Below, in pieces: positions 11,673 through 23,572 of a stretch of DNA of 64,000 nucleotides. Under the pieces are notes generated by a model. It had not been told where the DNA came from. It saw only the letters and a list, made by a program, of their open reading frames with translations, and made no database searches. Positions within the stretch are counted from its first letter, which is position 1, and every line of letters starts with the position of its first letter. This stretch comes from Octopus sinensis. Taxonomy: Eukaryota. Location of the stretch: positions 120,900,001 to 120,964,000 of the forward strand of contig NC_042998.1 in assembly GCF_006345805.1 (NCBI RefSeq), given 5' to 3'. The position numbers and the translations under genes are program-made.

Positions 11673-12309
11673 GTGATTAGCAGATGATATGTCTGTTGTT
11701 TCTTGCAGGTCAAATGACTACTTAGAGGCTCCCATGCTATCTTATTAGTTCTTCAATTAGATGTTAGATTTATAAGATCTCATTTGCTCTTTGATTAGAT
11801 ATTGTTAACTTACCCAGATGTATTAACTTTCAAACAATTTATCTCAGTTCTGTTCTTCACAGTGTCTCAGTTTCTCTACCAAATGAATGACAGATCTTAA
11901 AACCACAATACACAACTTGATATTTTAATAACAATTTGTCTATGTAATTACAGCAGAACACAGAAATCTGATTTTGAAAATTAAATTCTGATATCGGAAA
12001 AGCAAAAGTGTAAATGGAATAGAATCTACAGCAGTAGAACTACTGATGCTGTAGTAATGATAGTTACAACTTTCTTAATCTTTATTTTTTTTCATCTTAA
12101 TCATCATCATCATCATCACTATCACTACTACTTCTCCCTCTGGGTACAGTTGACTACAACAGGGCTTGTAAATTGTTATGTAAAATAACAGTAAGGTTGA
12201 CACACACAGATTTAGAGTGATGGATGGCAAAATTGTTATAGTGTAAAAGAACAGTGTTTTGCGATATTTAGTCACATCCCTTTACATTACCAAAGCCAAA
12301 TAATAATCC

Positions 12310-12690
12310 TTTCAGCTATAGGCACAGGGCCTGAAAATTTAGGGGGTGGGGCTAGTCGATTATATCAACCTCAATACTTAACCGGTACTTATTTTACTGA
12401 CTCCAAAAAGATGAAAAGCAAAATCAACTCAAACTTGGAATGTAAGCACAGACAATTCTGCCAGTTCACCAAACCCAAATAATAATAGGGACTTCTTACA
12501 TGAGCACAAGGCTGATGGGTTTTGTTGTTTAAATGACTCCAATACTTGTCTCATATTTTATTTTTTCAACCATGAAACTGCAGGATTTGAGATCAGAATG
12601 TAAAGAGATGAAACAAATACTGCAAGATATTTTGTTTGGTGCTCTACTGATTCTGTCAATCTTCTACTGCATAATAATTGATGATGATAA
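12310..12690 (-). mobile_element. Two adjacent family C SINEs
   Basis: Two successive ggtactta/atacttg..tatttt...atgaaa..caa/cag..tttga..tcagaatgtaaa units. These explain ORF 12533-12727. Confidence 0.6.
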
Positions 12691-13589
12691 TTGTTTTAAA
12701 CCTTTTGATAATAATAATGATTTTTAACATACTATTACTGATAAGGATTTATTGTTTTAATAATAATAACAATAAAAATAAAAGAATTTGTTGTGTGAAT
12801 ATAGAAAAAATAGTTAACAAACTTAGGATTTTTGTGAGATTGTTATTGGAGCAGCAAGAAACACAAGTACAATTGAGCAGTATCAGCATTCCGATATTTG
12901 ATCTTCATTTTATCATCTGTTCCAAGAATTTCAAAGTTGTTGGCAAGGAAGCACATTTCCAGTGTGTGTGTGAGAGAGAGGGGGGGAAGGAGTATGAAGG
13001 ATGTTTAGAAGTGTGTACACAGTCAATAAACAGACTGCCAGTAGTATTAAGTGGGAAGTACAGTAGTTACTGAGTTACCAGACATCAGTTTTGACTGATC
13101 CTAAGTACATACTACTTACTCATACTAGGAAGCCAGTATTTCAACTTGTAATTTGATAGAAATGGCAGGTATAAAATAAGAAAATGAAAAGAAGAGAAAA
13201 AAAATCATTAGAAAATATTATGTTATATGTATGGGATGGAGTTAAAGCAATAAAATCATTTCTCTTGAAAAGATTGATATTTCAGACAATAAAACGATTT
13301 ATAGTGATTTGACTTATTTACTTCTATTTAGACATTATGTAAGTGCAGTTTGTGTATAGTAACAGTTTGTGCATAGTGACTCTCAGATAGCACTTTTAGT
13401 TCTATTAGCTTTCATCATCAGATGGTCAAACCAAGTGGTTAACAAGCCAAAGATGGGGGCCTTGACCTGCTAGAAATGCCAGCTAAATGCTCCTCAAATC
13501 ACAAAATCCACATCCTACCATCTTTAAAAAAGAAAAAAAGGAGACATTGTCCAGGTAATGTAAAAAAAATGGAAAGGTTACCTTCTCAA

Positions 13590-13812
13590 GTCATACTGAC
13601 TCATAAGGCCAGTTTCCCCTGTGTCATGGCATATATATTCCCCACCTCAACAGGATGCCAGTCTATCACAGGATTATTCATTTTTCTCAGCTGAGTGGCC
13701 TGGAGCAACATGAAATGAAGTGTTTTGCTCAAGGATACAATGCATTGCCTAGCCCAGGAATCAAAACCCACAATCTTATGATCATGAGTCCAACACCCTA
13801 ATCACTAAGCCC
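13590..13812 (-). mobile_element. tRNA-derived SINE family D (CORE/V-like)
   Basis: Minus strand: gcttagtgattagggtgttggactcatgatc...gggttttgattcctggg...ccttgagcaaaacacttcatttcatgttgctccaggccactcagctg. Related to 54413-54698. Confidence 0.65.
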
Positions 13813-14659
13813 CATGCCTCTGCCTCCAGGTAATGTAATTGACTCTTGATACATTGTGTCTTAAACTGGATGATAACAACATGAATGAACTGAGACTAAA
13901 CAGCCACTATCACTATCACCACCCTGCCACTATATCATCAGGTTATGTTATAGACCAAACATTTCTATAGCGCTCACTACATTAAATATGCTAACACAAT
14001 TGTTGAACTTTCATTTTGCATATATCCTCAATGTATACTCTAGCTCAAATTTTCTCATCCACAACTCTGAGCATTTTGAAAACTAACTGCAAACTAACTT
14101 AAATTTGTTAACTAGAGCTGAGAGACTTTCCTTAATAAACTTCACTAAATCACCATTGCTCTAAATTGAATGTATGTTCTTATTGTCAGTACTAGAACAT
14201 GGACAATACTTCCCAAAATACTATTATTGACTTGATATTGTAGTTGTCTCCCTCCTCACATCACAGAATAATGTTGTCTGTATATGGTGGATGTCAGTTG
14301 TTCAACAATGAGGACTCACTTATACAGTCAACTGAATTACTCTTGAATTAATGTGTAAACAGTTAAGCATTCCACAGACGTGTATACCCTTAACATAATC
14401 CTTAGACAAAATCAGCATGACACAGTATCAAGGCTGCACCTTTGGAATTACTGTACAACCATCCAGTGGGTTTCTATACAGCTTCTGTCCACCCAATTTC
14501 AATTACTATGTATGGGTCAACCCTAGACTATAGAAAATTACATTTTCCCAAGGTACATTGCAATGGAATTGAACCTAAGGTCTCATGTTGCAAAACAAAC
14601 TTCTCAGCCATGCTGCATTCTGCACTTACCTCATGTAGATAAATTGTATGTCAAACAAA

Positions 14660-15058
14660 GACTTTTACTCTTTTACTTGTTTCAGTCATTTGACTGTGGC
14701 CATGCTGGAGCACTGCCTTTAATTGAGCAACTCAACCCCGGGACTTATTCTTTTGTAAGCCCAGTACTTATTCTATCGGTCTCTTTTGCCGAACTGCTAA
14801 GTAACAGGGACGTAAACACACCAGCATCGGTTGTCAAGCAATGCTAGGGGAACAAACACAGACACACAAACACACACATGCATATATATACATACATATA
14901 TACGACGGGCTTCTTTCAGTTTTCATCTACCAAATCCACTCACAAGGCTTTGGTCGGCCCGAGGCTATAGTAGAAGACACTTGCCCAAGGTGCCACGCAG
15001 TGGGACTGAACCAGGAACCATGTGGCTGGGAAGCAAGATTCTAACTACACAGCCACTC
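14660..15058 (-). mobile_element. SINE family A, full length
   Basis: Minus strand runs from head ggctgtgtagttagaatcttgcttcccagccacatggttcctggttcagtcccactgcgtggcaccttgggcaagtgtctt to tail ctccagcatggccacagtcaaatgactgaaacaagtaaaagagtaaaag. Confidence 0.85.
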
Positions 15059-15619
15059 CATAAGTTTTTTTTTTTTTGTTAGTGTTGACCAAGAGCTAAA
15101 TAAAATGGTATTTAATCTCTTGATATACAAGGAGGCAAAGGTTGATATTTAAGGGTCTAACTACTATACTGACAGTCATTGACAACGTCAATGATTGTCA
15201 TATACAAAACAAGAGATGTTTTAATAAGAACATTTCTATATTTTTGCCAGCTATTTCATTAGGAATCAGCAGTATTACAAAGGTCCCAGCAGTAGTGAGG
15301 AAGTAACACCGCAGTAATGAAGCCACAGCAATCATAAAAGTGGTCTTAGCAGCAGAGTTGTTATAGTCATAATGAAGAGGTCACAGCCATAGTGAAGGGT
15401 TACTACAGTGAAATCACTTTTACATAAAGCAACAGTCTACCAATTCTTGGCAGATAGCTCTCACAATTAGGACTATTCTCCCTAACATGGTAATTCTTTT
15501 AACAACTTTCTGACTTTTACAGATAGTATCTTGAAAATTTATAATATGCATTTTCCTGGGACCTGCTCGCTATGGTTGCTGTAGGATTTTTTTTTTCTAT
15601 GCTTAGTCATTCTTAGAAA

Positions 15620-15800
15620 TCCAAGACACAGTAGAAGCATCTTCATTCTTTCCGTTTTCTGTCTAGTTCTTCTATTTCAGTTCTAGTCAGCCCTAATGGA
15701 ATCTCACTAGAATTCCTGTTGCCTATTTACTATACAATGTTTTTCAGTCTTCGACTGTTACATGCCTGCCTTCTATGTTATATGCATATTACTTAACATT
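15620..15800 (-). mobile_element. Possible R4/Dong-like LINE RT fragment
   Basis: Minus strand ...GLTRTEIEELDRKRK resembles the WTxxELxxLDRKTRK motif; otherwise heavily decayed. Confidence 0.4.
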
Positions 15801-15964
15801 TCCTATTACTTTCAATGTTTATATGGATGCCGTTCAGAAACCTTTGACCTTTCCAGATGAACTATGCTGTGTTAAATATGTAACTCTTAAGATCATAGAT
15901 GTATGTAATACACATTCTGCCTGACTGTTGAGGTGATTAAATATTTAATTGTAAATATAGAACC

Positions 15965-16275
15965 TGTTATTTTACCTTCCTAGACCAACACACAACTAAG
16001 TATCAATGCACGCAGCTAGGTCTTCTGTAGGACTATAGCACTCATTAGCTTCAGAGACCAATGCACACTAGGTCTTCTCTGGCTATAGATCTCATTATCT
16101 TCTCAAACCAATTTTAACTCGGTCACACAACTAAGGTCTACTATGGCTGTAGAACTTATTAGTCTCACTAACCAATAAACAGCTAGGTCTTCTATGGCAT
16201 CAAAACTCATCGCTTCCCCTTCACAGACCAACTGGGTAATCTGGAACTCATTATTTTACCTTCCACAGACCAATT
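15965..16275. repeat. Degenerate minisatellite, about 52-bp period
   Basis: cta(g/a)ggtct starts at 16016, 16068, 16131 and 16183; bounded by the direct repeat ttattttaccttcc..agaccaa. Confidence 0.7.
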
Positions 16276-17429
16276 ATGCTAATGTGAAAAATCTTTCTCG
16301 TTTATGAGGTCAGTATCAACACAATGCTTTATTTTTTTATAATCTGTAATCTCAGTCACCTATATTTATTGTGTTGCCATCTTCCTAACAATCTCATTTC
16401 CTGACCAGTTATATTCTGTGTCACCTCCTCCTGATATCTTGTCCTCCTTTATGAGTATGTCAGTTACTATGGCGATGTTAGATGTCACATTTCCTTAACT
16501 GAAGTTAATGGTATGTGTGTATGTGTCTGTTTAGTTTACATAAATCAAACAAAAAAGCAGTAATGTTTGTGTTGTAAAGAATTTTTGCTAGTGTCATCTC
16601 CTAGCAACTCTTGTTCCATCCATCAGTTTCCATGCTATTTCAACTTAATCTCTAGTTGGTACCTGTTTGGTGTATTTTCACTTAGTTGCTGCTGTCATAT
16701 CTCTTTATCTTTGTTTTATTGCAAGCAAAAGTAGCAATGACTTTTTTATGTAACTATTCGACTTGCTAGAGATAACAGTCTCTAGCAAGATCTCTTAAAT
16801 CATACACTACATTTTGCAAAACAAAAAAAAAAAAAGAAAGAAAAAGACACACAAGATACACTATCTGAAATAAAGACAGGGGGGTTGCTGTTGGAATACC
16901 TTTGATTATAGGCCGTCTCATTGAGAGCTCATCTGTATTAAAAAACAAAAAAAAAAAAAAGAAATGTCATTGAAGCAGCAACAGATTTACTGTCTTAGGG
17001 CCCTAGCCAACTTTCTTCTGCCAGTCTTGTTACTATGGCAGGAGAAAATATTTACCACAGCTGGACAACTAAAGTTATTGTTGTGTTTCATGGTATAAGT
17101 ATTAAAAATCTAATGCATAAACATGTCTTGACATTATTAACCTGCGATTTGTTTTAAATATGCTAATTTTTCACACCTACATGTGTACAACATTGTACAT
17201 CTACTTTATAATTCTCTCACTTATACTCTAGCAGGTACTGTGGTGCTGACTTTCTTTAACTTAGCAACTTGTTGCTTGTTTTATTTTTCTCGCGTGATAT
17301 CTTTGGCAAGTGTATTGTACTATATGCTACCAATCTGGCCAAATCTTTGTGAGTGAATTTTGAAGATGGGAACTTGGAGCAGCCTGTCATGTATTTATGT
17401 ATCCTTGTGTGTGTGTACTTGTGTTCTTT

Positions 17430-17672
17430 TGTTCTGACATCCTGAACTAGATGTAAACAAATGTCAATGTCATACAAGTGGTTTTATTCACTTGCAGTTT
17501 CTGCCAAAACATGTCCGGCCATCTTGTTTAAAGGAGTAGGGAAAATATTATCCTGCTTGGAAACATGAAATTTTGAAAACAGGAAGATTATCTGGCTATA
17601 GAAAATCTGCCTCAATAAATTTCTACTGGCTTATGCATACATGGAAAAATGGACACTTAAATATGATGATAA
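17430..17672 (+). mobile_element. Family F repeat
   Basis: gtaaacaaatgtc...tgcttggaaac...tagaaaatctgcctcaataaattt...atggaaaaatggacacttaaatatgatgat. Confidence 0.6.
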
Positions 17673-17874
17673 TGGACATCAACATTTCAGTTGTATTAAA
17701 CTCACTGAATCTAAATTGATCTGTTCCTAGTATTTTGTTGATGTAAGCTAACATTTATAGTTTCCCCACAAGGCTCATTAAAAATCTAATATCTGAAATT
17801 ATTAGACTGAACATCTAAATATATCAATACAAGAGAGCAAGTTGGTTGAAAAACTGAAAGATAGGTTGGAATAT

Positions 17875-18390
17875 CAGTAGCAGTTCATTAGAGTTCTTTT
17901 GGCATCAGTAACTGCCTAAGTATATCATGACTTGGAAGCCAATCTGTGACACTACTCATGTGTAATGAAAGTCCAGGTGGTCTTTATAGTAACATTGTGC
18001 TCCATCTGATTGTTGAGACGCAGTTGGTCATCTTTTTAACTATACTTTATAGATTCCACATGGAGTTCAGGTCAGGTGAATTACCTAGCCAAGGCACTGC
18101 ATTGATATGAAGATCAAGAAGGCAGTGGTTGTTTTCGTACTATGTGCAGCTGTCAAATCCTATTTGAGCATGAATTCTGCATTATTAAATACCTTGTCAG
18201 CTGATGAAGGTATTGAGTTACTCCAAGATCTCCAGGTAGATTGCTATATTAATAGTGATCAAAGAAGTCACAGTATTACATGGCATTCCAACTCATTGCT
18301 GACTGGGAATTTGGTGTTGGACTCCAAACATATGGACTCTGCCTTTCTAAACCTCCTCAGAAATTTTGGACTCCTGAGCAGTGCTTGGAG
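17875..18390 (-). mobile_element. Tc1/mariner transposase fossil (DDE region and C-terminus)
   Basis: Minus strand gives CLESNTKFP..., IYLEILE, PSSADKVFNNAEFMLK*DLTAAHSTKTT, WLGNSPDLNSMWNL*SIVKK (compare WPxNSPDLNPIENLW) and AVTDAK, with several stops and frameshifts. Confidence 0.85.
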
Positions 18391-19289
18391 TTGATGAGAT
18401 TATTAATACTGCTGATGTTACTATTTTTTTGTGTATATGTGTTTCATGTTTATCTAGACTAAGTTGGACAAAGCATGTTCATAGGATAAAGATCCTAGGA
18501 AATTTTCAGACCCAAACATATATTTCCTGCACATCACTCACGTAAGCTCTGAATATCTGTGTGCTTGTACATCTAGTGACAAAGACTGAGCATTACATCT
18601 TGCTGTGCCAATAAACTGCTCCTTGCCTATCCGGCTGATCTCTCATTTTGAATATTTTTTGTTTTGCTGTGTAGGTAGTCTGTGTACATGATCTGTATAC
18701 AGCTGATGGTGATGCTAAGTATGTTGTTTACACTTATTCTAGTTTCTTGTAGAGAGATTAGGTGCCCAAGCAGGCCTGAAATAACAGTAAACTATACACT
18801 ACTATACTTCTTTCTTTCTGTTGACCAAATGAGTACTCTCTGTCATTTTGTTATATTTCTGTTTCCGACTTGTCAGCTGTAGAAACCATGTCACAACAGA
18901 CAGTTGGAGTTTGGACAGCTCCCTGCTAGCCAGCTTCGTGTCAAACTGTCCAACCCATGCCAGCATAGAAAGTGAACGTTAGCTGCTGCTGATGATGATG
19001 CTTTGAGTTGTAGAGGGATTATATGTAATTTCTAATATTTTCCATCATGTCCAATGTGGTTTGTGTGCATGTGTATCTTGCTTGTAGAGTATGGTTGTTG
19101 GTTGTATCTGATATTCTTTAGTGCTGTTAATAAGGTAGCAGATTTAATATAGTTAACGTAGTTTATCTAAAAGCAGTAGAGCTTACATGTCAAGTATCTT
19201 GTATTTATAGTTTAATCCTCCTGAGTTTGTGTCAAAATAAATCCTTAATCTGCACATTGTAACCATAGCTTATTCTGTTAATTAAACTC

Positions 19290-19620
19290 TTTTGATGCCA
19301 GCTCTGTCTGCCCCCCGTGTTGGTGGCACGTAAAAGCACCATCCGTTCGTGTCCGTTACCAGCCTCGCCTGGCCCCCGTGCCGGTGACACGTAAAAGCAC
19401 CATCCGTTTGCCAGCTCTGTCTGGCACCTGTGCGGGTGGCACGTAAAAAGCACCCACTACACTCATGGAGTGGTTGGCGTTAGGAAGGGCATCCAGCCAT
19501 AGAAACACTGCCAGATCTGACTGGGCCTGATGAAGCCTTCCAGCTTCACAGACCCCAGTTGAACCGTCCAACCCATGCTAGCATGGAAAACGGACGCTAA
19601 ATGATGATGATGATGGTGAT
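19290..19620 (+). mobile_element. Family B (RTE 3' UTR), well-preserved copy
   Basis: Three gtg(g/a)cacgtaaaagcacc subunits, intact CpGs, core ggagtggttggcgttaggaagggcatccagcc and a (GAT)n tail; close to 26200-26478. Confidence 0.85.
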
Positions 19621-19844
19621 GTTCTCCCTGAAATGTTTGGTAAACACACAGTGTTTCTTTTAAATAAAACACAAGAAAAAATAAGCAAACAACAACGATA
19701 AATAAGTTACTAAGTTAAAGAAGGTTGGTATCACAGTACCTGTTGAAGTATCTGTGAGAGACTCATTAAAGAAGATGTACGATGTGCAAATTTAGGAGTG
19801 AAAAATTAGCATTTTTCTTTTTAAATCACAGATGTGTGTGTGTT

Positions 19845-20335
19845 ATTCAGTTTTATTTCAAGATTTCTTGCCAATAGAGAAAGAGCCAGTTTCTAACCTA
19901 GATTCAAGGATCCTTCATTGGAATTTCAACATCAACAGGGTATTTGTGTATGTACGTGTGCATGTATTTGGAGTCAATGCATGTGCAGATCTGTATGTTT
20001 TATTTTATGTATGTATTTTTATGCATCTAGTTACATGTCTCGACATGTGCGTATATACTTAAATGCTTAACTTCTGGAAAGTTTTACACATTTTTACGGT
20101 TCCATTGAATCAGCTTTCTCTTTTCTGGTTTTGAGAAGCCTATTTTCTCAGGACTGGTGCTTAAGCAGTTTGTTACATATCCCAATGCCTCAATAATTAC
20201 CGGTATAAATCTTAACTTGTAATCCAGATAAAGTAACTGTAAGTTTCTTAACAGTTCGGTGTAGGTGTTTTCTTTTTCACTAACCTTTAGCTTTATGTTG
20301 ACATCTGCTGAGCAGCTGATTTTCATTACTGTATA
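19845..20335 (-). mobile_element. REL-endonuclease LINE (R2 superfamily; R4/NeSL/Hero-like), 3' end
   Basis: ORF 20084-20338: ISCSADVNIKLKVSEKENTYTELLRNLQLLY...FIPVIIEALG fits the PD-(D/E)xK REL C-terminus (KExEKxxKY...VPxIxGALG). 3' UTR ends at aaataaaactgaataa. Confidence 0.75.
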
Positions 20336-20619
20336 CATGTATGTGTGTGCATTCCTCTCTCTCTATATATATATACTACTCTCCCATTTCTGAGCACACA
20401 TTCTATCTTGTATTTTCTTTTTTATCCAATAAATTTTCTAGTACATCACAAAATATAATGGAGTACTGCTCCTTTACAATGAACTGAACCATATTTAACT
20501 TGTTCAAGAACTGGATTAATTAGAAGGTATTAAAATGGTCACAAAAATGTAAATGGTTGCCTTAAAAAATATTATTCACCTACTACTTTGGGTTACTGAT
20601 ATATATCACACATATATGT

Positions 20620-20978
20620 TTGATAAGAGGAAGACTGAGGGCTTGATAGGGATGTTGGAGTTGGAGGAATTGGTGGAATGGCTGGCAAGGGCGAATGGAG
20701 TGCAGTGATATGGGCATTTGTTGAGGAGGGATGAGCAGCATTTTTCTGAGGAGAGTGCTTGAGTTTGAGGTAAATGGACTGCAAAAGTGAGGTAGACCAA
20801 GGAAAATGCGGAGGGGGGCAGGTGGAGGTGGAGATTGGGAGGGTGGGAGGGTTGGCCTGAGAAGGGAGGACGCCCAAAACTGGGTGAGATGGTGTGAGGG
20901 CAGTTGCTATGGCATTGAGGTAGATCCGACCACCCCCTGTTAACGGGGTCAAAACCCAGATTTAAAACACTGGAATGA
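20620..20978 (+). mobile_element. RTE-clade LINE (RTE-X-like), 3' end
   Basis: Plus strand gives LEELVEWLARANGVQ*YGHLLRRDE..LRRVLEFEVNG..*GRPRK...GLRREDAQNWVRW, then the tail gatccgaccaccccctgttaacggggtcaaaacc. Confidence 0.8.
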
Positions 20979-21510
20979 TATGTATATATATATTGTTTGG
21001 TATACGAATGTGTGTGTATATATCTGTTTATGTATGCATATATACAGCATACTGTTATCTACTGACTACATCATCTTCTTTATTTGCTATACTACCACTG
21101 TGTCTGATAGTTAAATATCACTGTTTCCATAGTAAGATGTTTTCTGGAATAAATTACGCTGTTACCACAATGGTTGATAAACACATGATAGCATTTTTTT
21201 CCTTTCAATTGAAATATACACCTTGAGAAAGCTGCATTGTCATTATACCTGATAAATACAAGATATGTTTTTCATACAAAAATATATCCTGAAATAGATT
21301 TGCCTACACAGTGCTCCGTAAATATGATAACAGAATATCTTTATTGACATAGGTAGATGTCCTCTGGGGTAGCCACACTGCTACTGTGGTTGATAAACAC
21401 AGTACAATATTAGCTTATATCAACAAAATACTGGGAATAAATCAGTTTAGATTTAGTGTGCCTAATATGAAATTTTGACTTTCTGGTTATAAATATCCAA
21501 TTTTGCATAG

Positions 21511-21513
<3 letters not shown>

Positions 21514-21590
<77 letters not shown>
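21514..21590. repeat. (CT)n(CA)n compound microsatellite
   Basis: Direct observation. Confidence 0.95.
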
Positions 21591-22539
21591 TTTATGTATG
21601 TATGTAATGCCTTTTTACTCCCTTCTCCCTGGTGCATCTTTTTTACCCTCTTCACCCATCTCTACTACCAACCATCACACTCTGCCTCATCAGGGCCACT
21701 TCTGTTGCCATCCATCACCTATTCTTTATCCTATCCCATCACTCACAAGTGACTGGTGAGTGAGACAATCTCTCTAGAACTCCTTAACACAAAATGCACC
21801 CAGTAATACATTGTAAAATGGTTAGCAAATGAGCAAAGAATGTATGGAGTTCTGAGCCCCTTTATTCAACCTTCCTAGTGTTGGTGCCTTCCAAAAATCA
21901 CACCCTGTAAAGTGGTTGGTGATAGGAAAGGCATCCATCCTTTGAAAACAAGCCGAATGACAATTACAAGAACCAGTGTATGGAAGTAATAGTTCCCAAT
22001 AAGAATTGACTAAAATTGTGATGACCAGTCCAGGCCATGTCAGTACAGAAAGCAGATGTAAAATGATGTTGATGATGATGATATTTAGCTGTATCTGTCT
22101 GTCTGTTTGCCTGTGTGTCTATATGTCTATCTACCTATCTGTCTGCCTGTCAATATGTCTATCTATCTATATGTCTATGTGTCCATCCATCCATCTATCT
22201 AAGTTAGCTAGCTGTCTGTCTGTCTGTGGTTGGGTAGATGTGTAAACCATTGTAGTAGACATTTGAACATGTCAAATTTACCTATTTTTCTGAAACAAAT
22301 GGCAAGCAGTCTTACTCAATCTTCCATTCTTATTGGAGTCTCATCAGGGTCACACGATCCTGTTTGTAGATCTTGTATTGTACATGCATAGAAACAAAAT
22401 TGACTGAAACCTCAATAGTATTTGATCAAAGCTGCATCATGTGTCATTTCTGCCCTTTAGAACATTCTTTTCCCATACAGATTAGCACTGGGCCTCACAG
22501 AAGCGATGGCAAGTGAATTCATAGTCATGGCAACTACTG

Positions 22540-22732
22540 GTATTATGCTGGTGGCATACCCATTACACTCTCAAAGTGGTTGGCGTTAAGAAGGGCATCC
22601 AGCCATAGAAACCATGTCAAATCAGACTGGAGTCTGGTGCAGCCCTTCAGCTTACTAGCCCAAGTCAAATCATCCAACCCATACCAGCATGGACAATGGA
22701 CATTTAATGATGATGATGATGATAATGATATG
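22540..22732 (+). mobile_element. Family B repeat
   Basis: gtggttggcgttaagaagggcatccagccatagaaac...cagcatggacaatggacatttaatgatgatgatg. Confidence 0.75.
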
Positions 22733-23269
22733 TTGTTCATGATGACTTATCACAATTTGAAATAAATGCAGCTTTTTGCAGTATTTATATCATCGTTTTT
22801 CTCATTCTTATAATTTACTTTTAGACTATCTAAAATATATTGCCTTTAAATTCAGTTGATAAACTTCCATTTCTTACCTTTTTAAAGTTTGTATTTCTGT
22901 CCCTTCAGTTTGGTCTTTAAGCTAATAATGTAATGTTTCTCTTCAAATTACATACTGGACCGTTCTGCATCATACCACTCACTACAAATTATTAAAGTCA
23001 ATAGATATTGTATTTCTTTCCTCTTATGTTACAGTCCTTTTCAATTTGCAAAAAAAAAAAAACTTACGAAAACTTCAATTTCCTTCTCAGGTACATTTCT
23101 TTCATTTGCAGAAGGCAAATAATCTAACAGTTTTCAATTTCATATATCTATTAATTTGTTTTTTCACTCTGTTTCTCTTGTAATTGTAACAATAACTATC
23201 TGGCTTTCTAGTTCAATCAGAATCAAATGTTTGATATATTAGTACACACACACACACATGGATGTCTGT

Positions 23270-23572
23270 CTTTTATCTTTTACTTGTTGGACTGCGGCCA
23301 TGCTGGAGCACCACCTTGAAAGGTTGAATTGAACAAATTGACTCAAGCCCTTTTTTTACTTTTTTATTCTTATAAGCCTAGTTGTCAAGCAGTGGTGGGG
23401 AACAAACACAAACCCAAAGACTCACACATGGGTATACATACACACATATACAATGGACTTCTTTTGGTTTCCATCTACGAAATCCATTCACAAGGCATTT
23501 GTTGGCCTGGGTCTATAGTAGAAGACACTTACAAGGTATCACACAGTGAGACTGAACCTGGAACCATGTGCT
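23270..23572 (-). mobile_element. SINE family A (degenerate, deleted)
   Basis: gactgcggccatgctggagcacc...gtttccatctacgaaatccattcacaaggc...tagtagaagacac...ctgaacctggaaccatgtg. Confidence 0.7.

Noticed and set aside
12533-13073. ORFs with apparent transmembrane segments
   Set aside because: They overlap a family C SINE and (AAT)n low-complexity DNA.
14990-15058. tRNA-like sequences at SINE heads
   Set aside because: A/B-box-like motifs are present, but they run into SINE bodies and I could not fold a cloverleaf.
18107-18394. 95-aa plus-strand ORF with a signal-peptide-like start
   Set aside because: It is the antisense of the Tc1 fossil, whose motifs are on the minus strand.
20593-20952. 119-aa Pro/Ser/Thr-rich minus-strand ORF
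   Set aside because: It is the antisense of a G-rich RTE 3' fragment.
21100-21136. ...FH a|gtaag and (17060-17097) ...FH g|gtataa as PHPT1 exon 1 ends
   Set aside because: The upstream codons lack the VRG and FKY motifs.
22300-22355. Minus-strand CTGATGAG followed by a short stem
   Set aside because: No GAAA and no UH cleavage site at a suitable position.
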